From Felis catus (lineage: Eukaryota): a DNA stretch of 64,000 nt. The notes beneath the pieces were generated by a model, which was not told the DNA's origin, did not search any database, and was given only the letters and a program-made list of their open reading frames with translations. Positions within the stretch are counted from its first letter, which is position 1, and the number at the start of each line of letters is the position of its first letter. Below, one piece after another: positions 1-12,284 of the stretch. A program made the translations under genes and the position numbers. Location: NCBI RefSeq assembly GCF_018350175.1, contig NC_058368.1, forward strand, positions 219,482,001-219,546,000. Direction: 5' to 3'.

Positions 1-88
1 CACGAACCGTGAGATCATGACCTGAGCTGAAGGTCATGACCTGAGCTGAAGTCGGATGCTTAACTGACTGAGCCACTCAGGCACCCCT
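1..88 (-). mobile_element. SINEC head, truncated by the window edge
   Basis: Reverse complement of ggggtgcctgagtggctcagtcagttaagcatccgacttcagctcaggtcatga. Confidence 0.9.
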
Positions 89-431
89 CAGGTGTTAGGT
101 TTAGTCTATTTTAACAACTGATAACTAGCTAGAATTAAAGAATAACAGGAAGAAAGATGGGGCATATAATTTAGTGCCTCTTTTTCTTTGGACCACCGAT
201 GTCTCAGGAGAATAAAGGAGCCACTGATCTGAATAAAATTTCAAAATGATAAACCTTTCCTGGAATACGCCATCTTTAGATTTATAAATAGTATGTCGTA
301 GTTAGTTTTCTGGATAATTTATAAAAGTATACATTCTTAATGCTTTTAAAATTATTAAAATGTTTAATATATGATAAAGGTAAGTACAATGAAGCTAAAT
401 ATCCTTTTTGAAAAATGAAATTTATCCTATT

Positions 432-1146
432 TAATAACCATCCTGACAGGTGCGAGGTGAAATCTCATTGTGGTTTTGATTTACATTTCCCTGATGATTA
501 GTGATGTTGAGCATCTTTTCATTACCTATTAGCCATCTGTACGAAGGTCTAATTTACATATAGTAAACTGATCCTTTTTAGTGTAAAATTCTATGAATTT
601 TGACAAATGTATACAGTCGTGTAAGTACCACCACAGAAAAGATAGAGAACATTTCCATCTCCCCAAAATGTTCCCTCATGTCACTTTGTGGTGATTAAGT
701 CCCTGCAACCACTAATCTTTTGTGTTTTGAGTCTCGATACTTCTCTTTTTTCAAGAATGAAAACTTGAAAATATGACAAAAATGTCATATACATGGTTAC
801 GCACTATATATGATTTTAAGTCCACTCAGCATAATGCATTGGAAATTAATCCGTGTTGCTATATCAATAGTTCCTACTTTCCTAATGACAAGGAGCATGT
901 CAGTGTATGGTTGCACCAAAACGTCTTTGTCCATCTCGCATTTGAGGACATTCAAGCTGTTTCCAGATTTTGATGATAAAGAATAATGAATAATCATTAT
1001 TTAATCATTTACATATACTGTAGTTTCATGTGAACAAGTATGTTTATTTCTCCTGAACAAATACCTAGAATGAGAATGTTAGATCAAATGATGAGTGCAT
1101 GTGTAACATTTTAAGAAACCTCGTTTTTTTCTCTAAAGTGGCTATA
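432..1146 (-). mobile_element. Old L1M 3'-region fragments; host of the young L1
   Basis: Typical antisense L1 phrases (ctcattgtggttttgatttacatttccctgatgattagtgatgttgagcatc; tttaagaaac...aaagtggcta). Confidence 0.75.
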
Positions 1147-2287
1147 GGCAGTCCCAGCCCCCAGCACAGGGTTCAGTAAGTGAATTATTGAATGAATGAA
1201 TCTTTCCACAATGGTAAGGAGCCCGCAAGAAAGAGTGTTAGTGTAGAATTTGTATGTGGGCTCATCACACCCCACAGCTGTAATCTTGTCACTGGCACTG
1301 CTTGGGGTATCTGAACTCTCCAGTGAAGTCCCTCTTTAAAGGTGGCATTGGGGAAAGACTGGAAGGTGGCGGTGTAGGAGGACTCTGGGCTCACCTCGTC
1401 CTGCTGATCGCTTAGATTCCACCCACATCTGCCTAAATCACCCAGAAAACTGCCAGAAGACTAGCAGAACGGACTCTCTGGAGCCAAGTGTAGACAAGAG
1501 GCCCATGGAAGAGGGTAAGAAGGGCGGAGAGGCTGTGCGCGCTACATAGACTGGCGGGAGGCAGCCAGGGCAGTGGAGGGGCAGCCTGCTGGGCAAGGCA
1601 GAGGCCCCGAGTCTGGCTTGCAAAAACGGAGGGGCAGGACTACGTGAGTTCTGACAGCCAGCAGGACTCAACATCTGGAATGTTATAAGTCAGCAGCTCT
1701 GCTCTCAGAGAGTGGGAGGGTGAGAGGACACTGGGAGGGAGAGGTATTGAGCCCAGGAGGACCGAGCTCAGGTCAGTGGGGAACAAAGGTGCTGGGAAGC
1801 ACCATCTCCCTCCCCCATCCCCCAGCCAAAATCCCAGAGGGAACCAGTTCCCGTCACCGAACTTGTTGCAAACATCCAACACCGTGCTTCTGTGGATCCA
1901 TCCTTCCAACCGGTCTGCCTCCCTCCCAGTGCTGCAGGGCCCCTTCCCCAGGGAACACTGATGGCAAAGCAAGCAAAGCCTGTCCCTCCCGCCCCTGTGC
2001 ATCTTGTGGATCCACCCTGGCTAATTTGCCCTTGGCCAGATCCCATCAAAGCAGCACCACAAGCCTGGCAGTATGCAAATAGCCCAGACAGGGGCTACAC
2101 CACTTCACAGTGAGTCCTGCCTCTGGGAGAGGGGCAGATAAGGTAAACACCAGTCTGACTATGGCCCCAGCAGTGGGATGAGGGCAGACATAGGGTCTGA
2201 CTGTGGCCCCGCCCACCAACACAAGTTACTCTGGACAGTACGGGGGAAGTGCCCTGCAGTTGGGAGCCACCCCAGGGACTACCCAAA

Positions 2288-3172
2288 ATGATGAAACGGA
2301 AGAATTCTCCTCAAAATAAATTCCAGGAGGTAGCGAAAACTAACAAATTGATCAAAAACGATTTAAGCAATATAACGGAATAAGAATTTAGAATAATAGT
2401 CATAAAAGTAATTGCTGGGCTTGAAAAAAGCATAGATAACAGCAGAGAATCTATTGCTACAGAGATCAAGGGACTAAGAAATAGGAGCTAGAAAATGCTA
2501 TAAATGAAGTGCACCATAAAATGGAGGTGGCCATAGCACGTATTGAAGAGTCAGAGGAGAGAATAGGTGAATTAGAAGATAAAATTATGGAAAAAGAGGA
2601 AGCTGAGAAAAAGAGACATAAAAAAATCCAGGAGTATGAGGGAGAATTAGAGAACTAAGTGATGCAATCAAATGGAACAATATCCGTATCATAGGAATTC
2701 CAGAAGAAGAATACAGAGAGAAAGGGGCTGAAGTTGTACTTGAACAAATCATAGCTGAGAACTGCCCTGATCTGGGGAAGGAAAAAGGCATTGAAATCCA
2801 AGAGGCACAGAGAACTCCCTTCAGAAGTAACTTCAATAGATTTTCTGCATGACATATCATACTGAAATTGGCAAAATACAAGGATAAAGAGAAAATTCTG
2901 AAAGCAGCTAGGGATAAGCAGGCTCAAACTTATAAAGGGAGACTTATAAGACTAATGGCAGACCTATCTACTGAAACTTGGCAGGCCAGAAAGGAATGGC
3001 AGGAAATCTTCAATGTGGCGAACAAAAAAATATGCAGCTGAGAATCCTTTATCCAGCAAGTCTGTCATTCAGAATAGAAGGAGAGATAAAGGTCTTCCCA
3101 AACAAACAAAAACTGAAGGAATTCATCACCACTAAACCAGCCCTACAAGAAGTCCTAATGGGGATTCTGTGA
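2288..3172 (+). pseudogene. L1 ORF1p remnant (stops and frameshifts)
   Basis: ATG at 2288. C-terminal ORF1-type peptide ILYPASLSFRIEGEIKVFPNKQKLKEFITTKPALQE in the ORF track. Internal stops present. Confidence 0.9.
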
Positions 3173-3240
3173 GTGAAATGTTGCAAGGACCACAAAGCAC
3201 CAGAGACACCACTACAAGTATGAAACCTACAGACATCACA

Positions 3241-6200
3241 GTGACTCTAAACCCATATCTTTCAATAACACTGAATGTAAATGGACTAAATGCTCCAACC
3301 AAAAGACATAGGGTATCAGAATGGATAAAGAAACAAGACCCATCTGCTGTGTACAAGAGACTCATTTTAAACCTGAGGACACCTTCAGATTGAGAGTGAG
3401 GGGATGGAAAACTATTTATCATGCGACTGGAAGCCAAAAGAAAGCTGGAGTAGCCATACTTATATCAGACAAACTAGACTTTAAATTAAAGGCTGAAACA
3501 AGAGATGAAGAAGGGCATTATAAAATAATTATAGGGTCTATCCATCAGGAAGAGCTAGCAATTATAAATGTCTATGCACTGAATATGGGAGCCCCCAAAT
3601 ATATACAACAATTACTCACAAACATAAGCAACCATATTGACAAGAATGTGGTAATTGCAGGGGGCTTTAATACCCCACTTACAACAATGGATAGATCATC
3701 TAGACACAGGATCAAGAAAGAAACAAGGGCCCTGAATGATACATTGGATCAGATGGACTTGACAGATATATTTAGAACTCTGCATCCCAAAGCAACAGAA
3801 TATACCTTCTTCTCGAGTGCACATGGAACATTCTTCAAGATAGATCACCTACTGGGTCACAAAACAGCCCTTCATAAGTATAAAGTAATTGAGATCATAC
3901 CATGCACACTTTCAGACCACAATGCTATGAAACTTGAAATCAACCACAGGAAAAAGTCTGGAAAAACTCCAAAAGCATGGAGGTTAAAGAACACCCTACT
4001 AAAGAATGAATGGGTCAACCAGGCAATTAGAGAAGAAATTAAAAAATATATGGAAACAAATGAAAATGAAAAGACAACAATCCAAACGCTTTGGGATGCA
4101 GCAAAGGCAGCCCTGAGAGGAAAATACATTGCAATCCAGGCCTATCTCAAGAAACAAGCAAAATCCCAAATACAAAATCTAACAGCACACCTAAAGGAAA
4201 TAGAAGCAGAACAGCAAAGACAGCCTAAATCCAGCAGAAGAAGAGAAATCATAAAGATCAGATAAGAAATAAACAATATAGAATCTAAAAAAACTATAGA
4301 GCAGATCAATGAAATCAAAAGTTGGTATTTTGAAAAACAGAACTGATAAAAGTCTAGCCAGGCTTCTCAAAAAGAGAAGGGAGGTGACCCAAATAGGTAA
4401 AATCATGAATGAAAAAGGAATTATTACAACCAATCCCTCAGAAGTACAAGCAATTATCAGGGAATACTATGAAAAATTATATGCCAACAAACTAGACAAC
4501 CTGGAAGAAATGGACAAATTCCTGGGCACCCACACACTTCCAAAACTCAAACAGAAAGAAACAGAAAACTTGAACAGACCCCATAACCAGCATAGAAATT
4601 AAGTCAGTTATCAAAAATCTCCTAACAAATAAGAGTCCAAGACCAGATGGCTTCCCTGGGGAATTCTACCAGACATTTAAAGCAGAGATAATACCTATCC
4701 TTCTCAAGCTGTTCTAAAAAATAGAAGGGGAAGGAAAACTTCCAGACTCATTCTATGAAGCCAGCATTACTTTGATTCCTAAACCAGACAGAGACCCAGC
4801 AAAAAAAGAGAACTATAGGTCAATGTCCCTGATGAATATGGAAGCAAAAATTCTCAATAAGATACTAGCAAATCAAATTCAACAGCATATAAAAAGAATT
4901 ATTCACCATGATCTAATGGGATTCATTCCTGGGCTGCAGGGCTGGTTCAACATTCGCAAGTCAATCAATGTGATACATCATATTAAAAAATTAGAAGATA
5001 AGAACCATATGATTTTGTCAATCGATGCAGAAAAAAATTTTGACAAAATTCAGCATCCTTTCTTAATAAAAACCCTCGAGAAAGTCGGGATAGAATGAAC
5101 ATACTTAAACATTATAAAATCCATTTATGAAAGCCCACAGCTAATATCATCCTCAATGGGGAAAAACTGAGAGCTTTCCCCCTGAGATCAGGAACCCGAC
5201 AGTGATGTCCACTCTCACTGCTGTTGTTTAACATAGTTTTGCAAGTGCTAGCATCAGCAATCAGAGAAGAAAAGGAAATCAAAGGCATCAAAATTGGCAA
5301 AGATGAAGTTAAGCTTTCACTTTTTGCAGATGACATGATATTATACATGGAAAACCTGTAGACTCCACGAAAACTCTACTAGAACTGATACATAAATTCA
5401 GCAAAGTCACAGGATACAAAATTAACATACAGAAATCAGTTGCATTCTTATACACTAATAATAAAGCAACAGAAAAACAAATAAAGAAACTGATCCATTC
5501 ACATTTACACCAAGAATCATAAAATTCCTAGGAATAAACCTAACCAAAGATGTAAGAAATCAGTATGCTGAAAACTATAGAAAGCTTATGAAGGAAATTG
5601 AAGAAGATACAAAGAAATGGAAAAACATTCTGTGCTCATGGATTGGAAGAATAAATATTGTGAAAATGTAAATACTACCCAAAGCTATCTACACATTCAA
5701 TGCAATCCCAATTAAAATTGCACCAGCATTCTTCTCGAAAGTAGAACAAGCAATCCTAAAATTCATATGGAACCACAAAAGGCCCCGAATAGCCAAAGTA
5801 ATTTTGAAAAAGACCAAAGCAGCAGGCATCACAGTCCCAGACTTTAGCCTCTACTACAAAGCTGTAATCATCAAGACAGCATGGTATTGACACAAAAACA
5901 GACACATAGACCAATGGAATAGAATAGAGACTCCAGATTTGGACCCACAAAAGTATGGCCAACTAATCTTTGACAAAGCAGGAAAGAACATCCAATGGAA
6001 AAAAAGACAGTCTCTTTAACAAATGGTCCTGGGACAACTGGATAGCAACATGCAGAAGAATGAAACTAGACCACTTTCTTACACCATTCACAAAGATAAA
6101 CTCAAAATGGATGAAGGACCTGAATTTGAGACAGGAAACCATCAAAACCCTAGAGGAGAAAGCAGGAAAAAAACCTCTCTACCCTCAGCCACAGCAATTT

Positions 6201-7036
6201 CTTACTCAACACATCTCCAAGGGCAAAGGAAATAAAAGCAAAAATGAACTATTCAGACCTCATCAAGAGAAAAAGCTTCCGCACTGCAAAGTAAACAATC
6301 AACAAAACTAAAAGGAATAGGAAAAGATATTTGCAAATGACGTATTGGACCAAGGGCTAGTATCCAAAATCTATAAAGAACTCACCCAACTCCACACCCG
6401 AAAAACGAATAATCCAGTGAAGAAATGATCAGAAAGCATGAATAGAAACTTCTCTAAAGAAGACATCCAGATGGCCACAGGCACATGAAAACATGCTCAA
6501 CGTCACTCCTCATCAGGGAAATACAAATCAAAACCATACTCAGATACGACCTCATGCCAGTCAGAGTGGCTAAAATGAACAAATCAGTAGACTATAGAGC
6601 TGGCGAGGATGTGGAGAAACGGGAACCCTATTGCACTGTTGGTGGGAATGCAAACTGGTGCAGCCACTGTGGAAAACAGTGTGGAGGTTCCTCAAAAAAT
6701 TAAAAATAGATCTATCCTATGACCCAGTAATAGCTGCTAGGAATTTACCCAAGGGATACAGGAGTGCTGATGCATAGGGGTACTTGTACCCCAATATTTA
6801 TAGCAGCACTTTCAACAATAGTCAAATTATGGAAAGAGCCTAAATGTCCATCAACTGATGTATGGATAAAGAAATTGTGGTTTATATATACAATGGAATA
6901 CTACGTGGCAATGAGAAAGAATGAAATATTGCCTTTTGTAGCAACGTGGATGGAACTGGAGAGTGTTATGCTAAGTGAAATAAGTCTTACAGAGAAAGAA
7001 AGATACCATATGTTTTCACTCTTATGTGGATCCTGA
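3241..7036 (+). pseudogene. L1 ORF2p remnant (APE endonuclease, reverse transcriptase, C-terminal domain), fragmented
   Basis: EN motifs QETH, KIDH and SDH, with the catalytic GDFN altered to GGFN (~3660-3671). RT segment [15 protein letters not shown] and FADD at 5323-5334. C-terminal WIKKLWFIYTMEYY. Split across several ORFs, and the expected start codon reads GTG. Confidence 0.93.
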
Positions 7037-7284
7037 GAAACTTAACAGAAGACCACGAGGGAGGGGAAGGAGGAAAAAAAAAAGTTAGAGACGGTGGGGG
7101 GGGGGGGCAAACAATAAGAGACTCTTAAAAACTGAGAACAAACTGAGGGTTGATGGGGGGTGGGAGGGACGGGAGGGTGGGGGATGGGTACTGAGGAGGG
7201 CACCTTTTGGGATGAGCACTGGGTGTTGTATGGAAACCAATTAGACAATAAATATCATATTAAAAAATAAATAACGTGGCTATA

Positions 7285-7640
7285 ATATGCAGCATTACCA
7301 TCTGCAAAGTATAGAAGTTTGATTTACTTTGTATCCTTGCCAGCACCTGTTAATGTCTTTTGAAATTTTATTTTAGCTATTTAATGTAGTGTAGTGGTCA
7401 ACATTGTGTTTTTACTTTTCAAATTTTTATTAATGGTGACTGATGTTGAACATCTCTTTTTGTGATTATTTGGCATATGTATGCTGTTGTAATTGTGGAG
7501 CCTGTGCCCATTTTTAAGTGAGTTGATTATTGACTTTGGTATTTTTTGATGTATTATGGAAAATGTTTTATCACATATATGTTTGCAATTATTTTCCCCA
7601 AGTTTATGAATTTTCTTTTCATTTTTTATGTTTCTTATAA
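7285..7640 (-). mobile_element. Continuation of the old L1M interrupted at 1146
   Basis: The expected antisense L1M text resumes after the TSD (cattaccatc...tatccttgccagcacctg...gatgttgaacatct). Confidence 0.7.
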
Positions 7641-7897
7641 AAGACATAATGTATTTAATAAAATATATCATTATCTATATTAAATATATAGTTATTACAT
7701 ATATATTTCTTTTGTCTCCATCATTTAAGAAGAATTCTTCTTTTAATTGTCTCTTTAAAAAAGCTTAATTGATTTGACATGTTTTTCCTTACTGAAATTG
7801 ATATGTTATGCTTTAAATTTCCCTTTAAGCCCTTTATTAGCGACATCCTACAAATTTTGAAATATACTGGCTTTTAAATTTTATTAAGTTTAAAATC

Positions 7898-8600
7898 AAC
7901 ACAATGTTGGCAAGGGTGTGGAGAAAGGGGACCCCTCTTTCACTGTTGGTAGGAATGCAAACTGGTGCTGCCACTCTGGAAAAGAGTATGTAGGTTTTTA
8001 AAAGGTTAAAAATAGAACTACCCTATGGTCCAGCAATTGCACCACTAGATATTTAACCAAAGATTACAAAAGTACTAATTTAAGAGGATACAAGTACCCT
8101 GGTGTTTGTAGTAACAGTATCAACAATGCCCAAATTATGGAAATAGCTCAAGTGTCCATAGGCTGATAAATGGATTAGAAAGTGCTATGAAAAAGAAGGA
8201 AGTCTTGCCATTCGTGATGATATGGATGGAGCTAGAGAGTATCACGCTAAGCAAAATAAGTCAGTCAGAAAAAGACAAATACTATATGATTTCACTCCTA
8301 AATGGAATTTAAGAAACAAAACAAGCAAAGGGGAAACAAAAAAAAAAAAAAAAAAGAGGGGCAAACCAAGAAACAGGTTCTTAACTATAGAGAACAAACT
8401 GATGGTTACTAGAGAGGAGATAGGTGGGAGGATGGGTGAAATGGGTGATGGAGAGTAAGGAGTGCATTTGTGATGAGCCCTGGGTGTTACATGGAATGTT
8501 GAATCACTAGAATGTACAGCTGAAACTAGTATTACACAGTATGTTAACTAACTGGAATTTAAATAAAAATTTAAAGTAAGATAAACTAAAATAAAAAATC
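7898..8600 (+). mobile_element. 5'-truncated carnivore L1 3' end (L1_Carn-like)
   Basis: ORF2 C-terminal and 3'UTR text (ggaatgcaaactggtgctgccactctggaaaa...gaaactagtattacacagtatgttaactaactggaatttaaataaaaa), followed by a (CTAAT)n run at ~8600-8636. Confidence 0.85.
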
Positions 8601-8639
8601 TAATCTAATCCAATCTAATCTAATCTAATCTAATCTATT

Positions 8640-9250
8640 ATGGTACTTCTTCTGTGACCTAGGTCTAACAGTTTTTTAAATTTTTAAATATTTATGGATA
8701 GTCAGGTTTTTCTCTCTCATTAGTTACTCATTTAAATCTGTTATAGTTAGAGAAATATGGTATAATTTGTCTTCTTAAATATACTATGACTCATGTTACT
8801 GCCCAGAATGTGGCCTTCTCACTGCATCTTATATGTGTATTTGAAAAGAAAGTATTTGCTGATATTATTGGGAGGAATGTTAAAGTTCCCTGTTGTAATT
8901 GTGTAATTACTGATTTTTTTTTATAAATCAGTTTATAAATTTTTCAGTTTATCAGTTTATAAATTTTTGCTTAATGTATTTTGAAGTCTGTCTACACATT
9001 TATTATTGTTGCATTTTCTATGTGAATTGGCCCTTTTTCATTATATAGTTTCTTTTTCTCTGGTAATATTCCTTGTTCTGAAGTCTACGTTATCTGATGT
9101 TAATTTAGCCAGTCCATATTTTTTATAATTAGTGTTCTCATGGTAAATATTGTATATTCTTTTACATTCAACCTATCTCTATCTTACTATTCAAGATGAA
9201 TTTATTTTATATCACATGTAGTCAGTTCGTACTTTGTTACCATTCTGGTA
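8640..9250 (-). mobile_element. Old L1M ORF2 (endonuclease region) fragment
   Basis: Antisense L1 phrases (gttctgaagtctacgttatctgatgttaatttagcc; ttttacattcaacctatc). Confidence 0.6.
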
Positions 9251-11053
9251 CAGGGCAAGTGAAGATACTAGGCTTCATAGTGTTTGGAAGTTTACTTATT
9301 TGATAATTAACTCTAAAAATATAATGAAATTTACTATAAGCTTACTATAGTTTTCATTATCAGTTTTATTCATGGTGATAAATCTACCTAATCAAACTAA
9401 AAAATCAAAATTAGAACTTTGTTCTTTACATTTATAGACTTTATTTATACTGACTTTAGCAAATGAAATACTATGTAAAGTCTACCAAAGCTATTTTTTT
9501 AGTTCCCTGTATTGGTTTATTTCTTCCGATGGCACAATTTGTTTTCAATTGTGATTTTGCAATCACACTTTGCAGTTGCAAACTTAGAATGCACATTTGC
9601 ACTACACAGCAGACATATACAATATTTGAGGGGATGGAATTGGAAAGGACCGCTACGAACTATATGATCTTAAATGATATTTTAGTTTTTGTGTATCTTG
9701 TCATATAGTTTTATCATCCTTTTCCCAATGCTGTGGAACTTTAAGATAAATTCAGTATTAGACGTATGAGTCCACTGCTGATATGTGTGTGCGTGTGTGT
9801 ATATACCTGATATAACTGATATCTCTACTTATGCACAGTGCTGTGCTTCCCACCACACTGTGTTCTCTGTTCGTATGGGTATACCACAGATGTTTTATCT
9901 CTTCCCTTGTAGTTGTCCTACTCCTATTTTAAGAATGGAAACCAGCTAGGTTTTAGAGTTTTATCATCAAATGAAACTGCTATCATCCAAGATAAGTTAT
10001 GGAAGCGATCAATGTGTTGTGCTTAAAAAGGTGAATATAAATGTTTACAAAAAGAAATCAGGAGAAATGTTGAATGAATACAGGAGTCTTCCATTTTAAG
10101 AAATTAGGACTGGAGGCATATGCCTTCTTTGTGACCCTTTATTCTCATTCCATAACTGACTTACGAGAAAATAAAAGTGAGAAAACTCAATCTCCACTCA
10201 ACTTCCTTTCTGTATGTCCCACTCACCTCCCCACCCCCAGGTATCTATGATTCTTTGTTGGTGGTGGTGGGAGGCAGGAAAATAAGTTAAAATCTCCTCA
10301 AATGGAAACACAAGCTAGATAATACTTTCTTTGATTAACTCAGTCCATTAAAAACTATTCACACACAAGAATACAAACACACGCACAAATGCACAAAGCA
10401 ATAAAAACATGCCTTTTTCTAAGATGCAGAATGCATGTTTGGAGGAGTAATCAAAAAGTCAGGAAGTAACACCATGTAAAAAGAATCCCACGCAGAAAAT
10501 CAGAAGGTGTCATGTACACAGGAAGGGGTTATATACAGAAGATATACCTAGTATCCAAGGGAGCTAGGAAATGCTAAACAGCATTCAGCTTGAAACAGTC
10601 GTTTGCAGTTAACTGAGGAGATGTCATTTTATAGATTATGTCTTAATGGTCCAGAGTTTAGATGTACTACTTTGTTTCTGGCACTGATCTTAACTCACTT
10701 AATTCTTATTAAAATGAAGCATCTTTGTGATTCTCATAGTGATCGTGACTGAATATGGGTCAAGTGTATAATTGTTTCAGGGACCAGTGAATAATCTCCT
10801 TTATTATCTGAAAGCTTATCAATTTCATTGCCTTCAGTAAGCGTAGATTTTTGTTATATGACTTTTTTTTTTTTTTGGTATTACCCTGGATTTAAGCACC
10901 AAATGATTCAGTAAAGCAGACTTATAAACTGTAATACTTTCTAATGGTTAAAAATAATTACAGATGTGTTTCTTCCATTGGTGTTTATACTACAAAAAAA
11001 AAAGTCAGATATACATACATGAAAACCAAAACTTTTAAAAATAGGTGGTCATA

Positions 11054-11277
11054 GGGGCGCCTGGGTGGCTCAGTTGGTTAAGCGTCTGGCTTCGGCTCAG
11101 GTCATGATCTCGCGGTTCGTGAGTTCAAGCCCCGCGTCGGGCTCTGTGCTGACAGCTCAGAGCCTGGAGCCTGTTTCAGATTCTGTGTCTCCCTCTCTCT
11201 CTCTGACCCTCCCCCGTTCATGCTGTGTCTCTCTCTGTCTCAAAAATAAATAAACGTTAAAAAAAAATTAAAAAAAA
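11054..11277 (+). mobile_element. SINEC (felid)
   Basis: ggggcgcctgggtggctcag head, CT tract, A-tail; TSD taggtggtcata. Confidence 0.95.
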
Positions 11278-11449
11278 GTAGGTGGTCATAAAACTTATCA
11301 TGTGAAAGACTGAGAGCTGTATTTCAGTTGGAATTCCAAGAGGCATAGCAGGGAATTGAATGGTAGTGATGAGGCCAGGAACAGGGTGTAAAGTTAGAGT
11401 AGGGGACAGAAACGACTAAATGTAGCCATACCTTTCAAGAAAAATTGTT

Positions 11450-11676
11450 GGGGCGCCTGGGTGGCGCAGTCGGTTGAGCGTCCGACTTCAGCCAGGTCAC
11501 GATCTCGCGGTCCGTGAGTTCGAGCCCCGCGTCGGGCTCTGGGCTGATGGCTCAGAGCCTGGAGCCTGTTTCCGATTCTGTGTCTCCCTCTCTCTCTGCC
11601 CCTCCCCCGTTCATGCTCTGTCTCTCTCTGTCCCAAAAATAAATAAACGTTAAAAAAAAAAAAATTTAAAAAAAAA
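11450..11676 (+). mobile_element. Young SINEC_Fc-type SINE
   Basis: CpG-rich with a long A-tail; perfect TSD aagaaaaattgtt (11437-11449 / 11677-11689). Confidence 0.95.
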
Positions 11677-12284
11677 AAGAAAAATTGTTAATTATTTTTA
11701 TTAACTATTTTGCCATCAATTCCAACTTTCCTCCTTAAGACATAATTCTTTAAAAAGAAGGGTTGCTACTGAACCTTTGTTCTCAAAGGGACTTGAATAG
11801 CGACTTTATACTTAAAATTCAACATGACAATCATACGTTTTAAGTCCAAAGCAATGTGTGGACATTACATGTCCAAACACATTTTTGCTGGCATTTTTAA
11901 TAAATATTCTGTATCCGGAATGTGTATATGTCCACATACTTTTGTGGTCTGTAATTCAGAACACTTCCGTGGTGTCAGATCTCCCCACTCCAGTGAGTTC
12001 ATCTTTTCTGTGCTCAGCAAACTGGAAGCTAGCCAGGATGTCTTCTCGATAACAGTATTTCAGTGTAAGTTTTAATCATGATAACATCTATTCATTATTA
12101 AATTATGCAAGACATTTCAGAACGGTGCAAGGGAAATCGGATGACCTGAGTTGTATTTCTGGTTATGACACAAACTACTGGAGACCGAGCACATCGTATA
12201 ACATTACTCTTGAAACTGTTTCCATCTCTGTCAGATTAAATTATGGGAGAAAAAATTTATTTCTGAAACTCAGTTCAAAAGTAC

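Larger units (their letters stand above)
1147..7272 (+). mobile_element. Full-length felid LINE-1 insertion (5'UTR from ~1350, ORF1, ORF2, 3'UTR, short A-tail), inactive, including ~200 nt of extra 5' sequence
   Basis: GC-rich 5'UTR, ORF1 and ORF2 remnants, G-rich 3'UTR and AATAAA near 7247. TSD aaagtggctata (1135-1146) / aacgtggctata (7273-7284). Confidence 0.95.

Noticed and set aside
1438..2286. Several overlapping 60-120 aa ORFs, possible ORF0-like antisense ORF
   Set aside because: Expected by chance in a GC-rich L1 5'UTR; no recognisable motif, and conservation cannot be shown from this window.
3321..4265. 314-aa ORF as an intact or domesticated endonuclease gene
   Set aside because: It is a frameshifted fragment of L1 ORF2 with the catalytic GDFN changed to GGFN, and the rest of ORF2 is broken.
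9250..9900. Possible ancient hAT DNA transposon remnant
   Set aside because: Only a vague resemblance; I could not define TIRs or a TSD.
11394..11636. Recurrent similar ORFs (MGQRETEHERGRG..., MAQ.VKR..SAQV...) here and at 11065, 62180, 62795
   Set aside because: Translations of SINEC copies, not a gene family.
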